Below, in pieces: positions 61,849-64,000 of a DNA stretch of 64,000 nucleotides (the first letter of the stretch is position 1; each line of letters begins with the position of its first letter). The position numbers and the translations under genes are program-made. The notes beneath the pieces are model-generated. The model ran no database searches. It was not told the DNA's origin and saw nothing but the letters and a program-made list of their open reading frames with translations. This DNA comes from Chiloscyllium plagiosum (Eukaryota). The DNA lies in contig NC_057719.1 in assembly GCF_004010195.1 (NCBI RefSeq), positions 87,118,274-87,182,273 on the forward strand, given 5' to 3'.

Positions 61849-62972
61849 TTCTAATCAGGTGAGGAGAGATGATTGCACTTCCCTCTTTTCAACCTTTCTG
61901 GTTCCGGGTTTTCTGATCATTTTAACCACAATGCTATACCTCACTCTAGTTATTCTTCTATTCTAGCGTGCTGGTATCACTGTTATGGCAGGCATTTATT
62001 ATCCAACCTGAGTTGGCCTTGCTTTGTCTAGCTCTTTAGGCCATTTCAGAACAAACCACATGGGTCTGGAGGCACATGTAAGCCAGACCAGGTAAGGAGG
62101 GCAGATTTCTTTCCCTAAAGGGCATTAGTGAACCAGATGACCAACAATAATTAGATGACCACCATTGGACTAGCTTTTAATTCCAGATTTAGATCAAATT
62201 CAAATTGCACTATCTGCCATGGTGGGATTTGAACAGATATCCCCAGCACATCAGCCTGGGGTTCTGGATTACTGACCGGTATCATTACCACTGCATCACC
62301 ATAATCAATCAGAGAGTGCACATAGCAAGGGGAATGCAGTAGTAATGGCTGATATCAAGCTACGTACAGACTGGTGAATCTAATGATAATCCTAATAGAA
62401 GTTTATAAGATTATGAATGGCATCGATGGAGTGGAAGTATGAGGCTTTTTTGTGAGATGGAGATGTCCATTACTAGGGGACACAGGTTCACGATTGGGGG
62501 AGGGGGGGGGGGCGGGGTGGATAGAGATATTTAAAAGAGAGGTGCTAGGCAAGTTTTTTTCCATGCAAAAGGCAGCGAGTACCTGAAATTTGTTGCCAGA
62601 GGAGGTGGTGGAAGGAGACACAATAACAGCTTTTAAGAAACACTTATATATGAATCTGTAGGGAATAGAGGGATACAGATCCTATAAGTGAAGACTGTTT
62701 TAATATGGAAGGGCAAAACGTAGTGGTGGAGGTTTGAAGGGCTGGAAGGCCTACTGCTGTGCTATATTGTTCTTTGTTCTTTTTGCACTATACCCTGGAA
62801 CCATCCAGGGCATAAATCTAGTATTACGCAGTGAGAAAGGTTTATTAGTAATCATGTTATAACAGAAACTTCAGGAATTGGAGGCCTTGGTATTATAGAA
62901 TTTTCCAGTGACTTTGTAAAGGCAAAGATTGATCTAAAATTGGGACTTTAAATGTAAACAGGGGCAATTCAT

Positions 62973-63216
62973 CTAAATCGTACAATCCCTACACTCTATT
63001 AAGTTCACACCAACCCACTGAAGAGCATCCCACCCTCCTTCCTGGGTCTCTGCACTTCCCATGGCCCATCTAATTTGCGTATTTTTGGTCTGTGGGAGAA
63101 AATCAGAACATACCCGCGCAGACACGTCGAGAATGTGAAAACTCCTGATGGTGGAATTGAATCCAGGTCCTTGCTGCTGTGAGATAGCAGTGCTAACTAC
63201 TGAGCTGCTGTACCGT
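62973..63216 (-). mobile_element. Diverged HE1/V-SINE
   Basis: The reverse complement has a gtagttagcactgct.tctcacagc..ggattcaattcc head and a decayed V-domain. Confidence 0.65.
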
Positions 63217-63622
63217 CCAATTATGGAGGTTAGAGAAGGAAGTTGGCTGTAGTGGATTGAAAGACACATTAAACGGCTTGACAATAGATGGGCAATACCT
63301 AATATTTCAAAAAAATTCTTTCCTACAAAGCAAACGCACCCAACAGAAATGTAAGAGAACCATGGCTAACAAAGGAAGTTTCAGGTAGTATTAGATCACA
63401 GCTATACACTTATAAAGTTGCCAATATAAGTTGTCAGACAAATGATTGGGAGAATTTTAGAATTCAGCAAAAAACTCATAAAGAGATTGGAATATGAATG
63501 TAAATTTGCAAAAATTACAAAAATAGACTTTTAAAGCTTCTATAAGTTTCTAACAAAGAAAGGATTAACAAAGACAAATATGGAAGGAGAGCATGAAGGC
63601 TTACCAAACTGTTTCCTGGGAT

Positions 63623-63742
63623 AAAAATGAGGTAAAAACAATGACTGCAGATGCTGGAAACCAGATTCTGGATTAGTAGTGCTGGAAGAGCACAGCAGTT
63701 CAGGCAGCATCCAAGGCTGCTCCTTGGATGCTGCCTGAACTG
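63623..63742. mobile_element. PLE family A fold-back miniature with a 14-bp TSD
   Basis: ctgtttcctgggat at 63609-63622 and 63743-63756; perfect 25-bp inverted repeat at 63692-63716 / 63722-63746. Confidence 0.85.
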
Positions 63743-64000
63743 CTGTTTCCTGGGATGGCAGGACTGACCTACTGGATCGGTTAGGAACGTAGGATCAGGA
63801 ACAGGCTATTTAGCCCTTGAACCTAATCCAAAAAGGAACATTTAGGACTATAATTCACTGGAATTTAGAAGACTGAGTGGGGGCAGAGGGTGGGTCTCAT
63901 AAAAATTTCTGAAATTCCAACAGGATGAAGCAGGATAAATACAGGAAGGATGTCCCCAATGACTGAGGAATCAGAACCAAGGGTCACACTTTAAGGATAG

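Noticed and set aside
50760..64000. A downstream neighbour gene such as CHAC1
   Set aside because: No recognisable exon peptide on either strand; the region is mostly repeats. Small or non-coding exons cannot be excluded.

Overview
Eukaryotic, repeat-rich vertebrate DNA, most likely elasmobranch (shark), inferred from HE1/V-SINEs, abundant CR1 LINEs and Penelope-like repeats. The + strand carries the 3' part of the chromatin-remodelling ATPase gene INO80: 10 coding exons (4088-47544, all GT-AG, phases consistent, about 469 aa from the HELICc domain to the stop codon) and a probable ~3.2 kb 3'UTR. Introns and the downstream region hold CR1 and L2 fragments, tRNA-derived SINEs, a solo LTR, a Tc1/mariner MITE and many short Penelope-like (PLE) derivatives. 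The most notable unannotated signal is a set of minimal hammerhead ribozyme motifs in the PLE terminal repeats. There are three sequence families with covarying helices and palindromic helix III (ACGU or AGCU), often arranged as long inverted repeats, and several short PLE insertions have 13-15 bp target-site duplications. One intact motif lies sense to the INO80 pre-mRNA beside a 118-bp hairpin. PLE hammerheads are known in general, so novelty would lie in these families and any effect on INO80. There is one 513-N assembly gap. Repeat boundaries are approximate and family names come from recall, not a database search.
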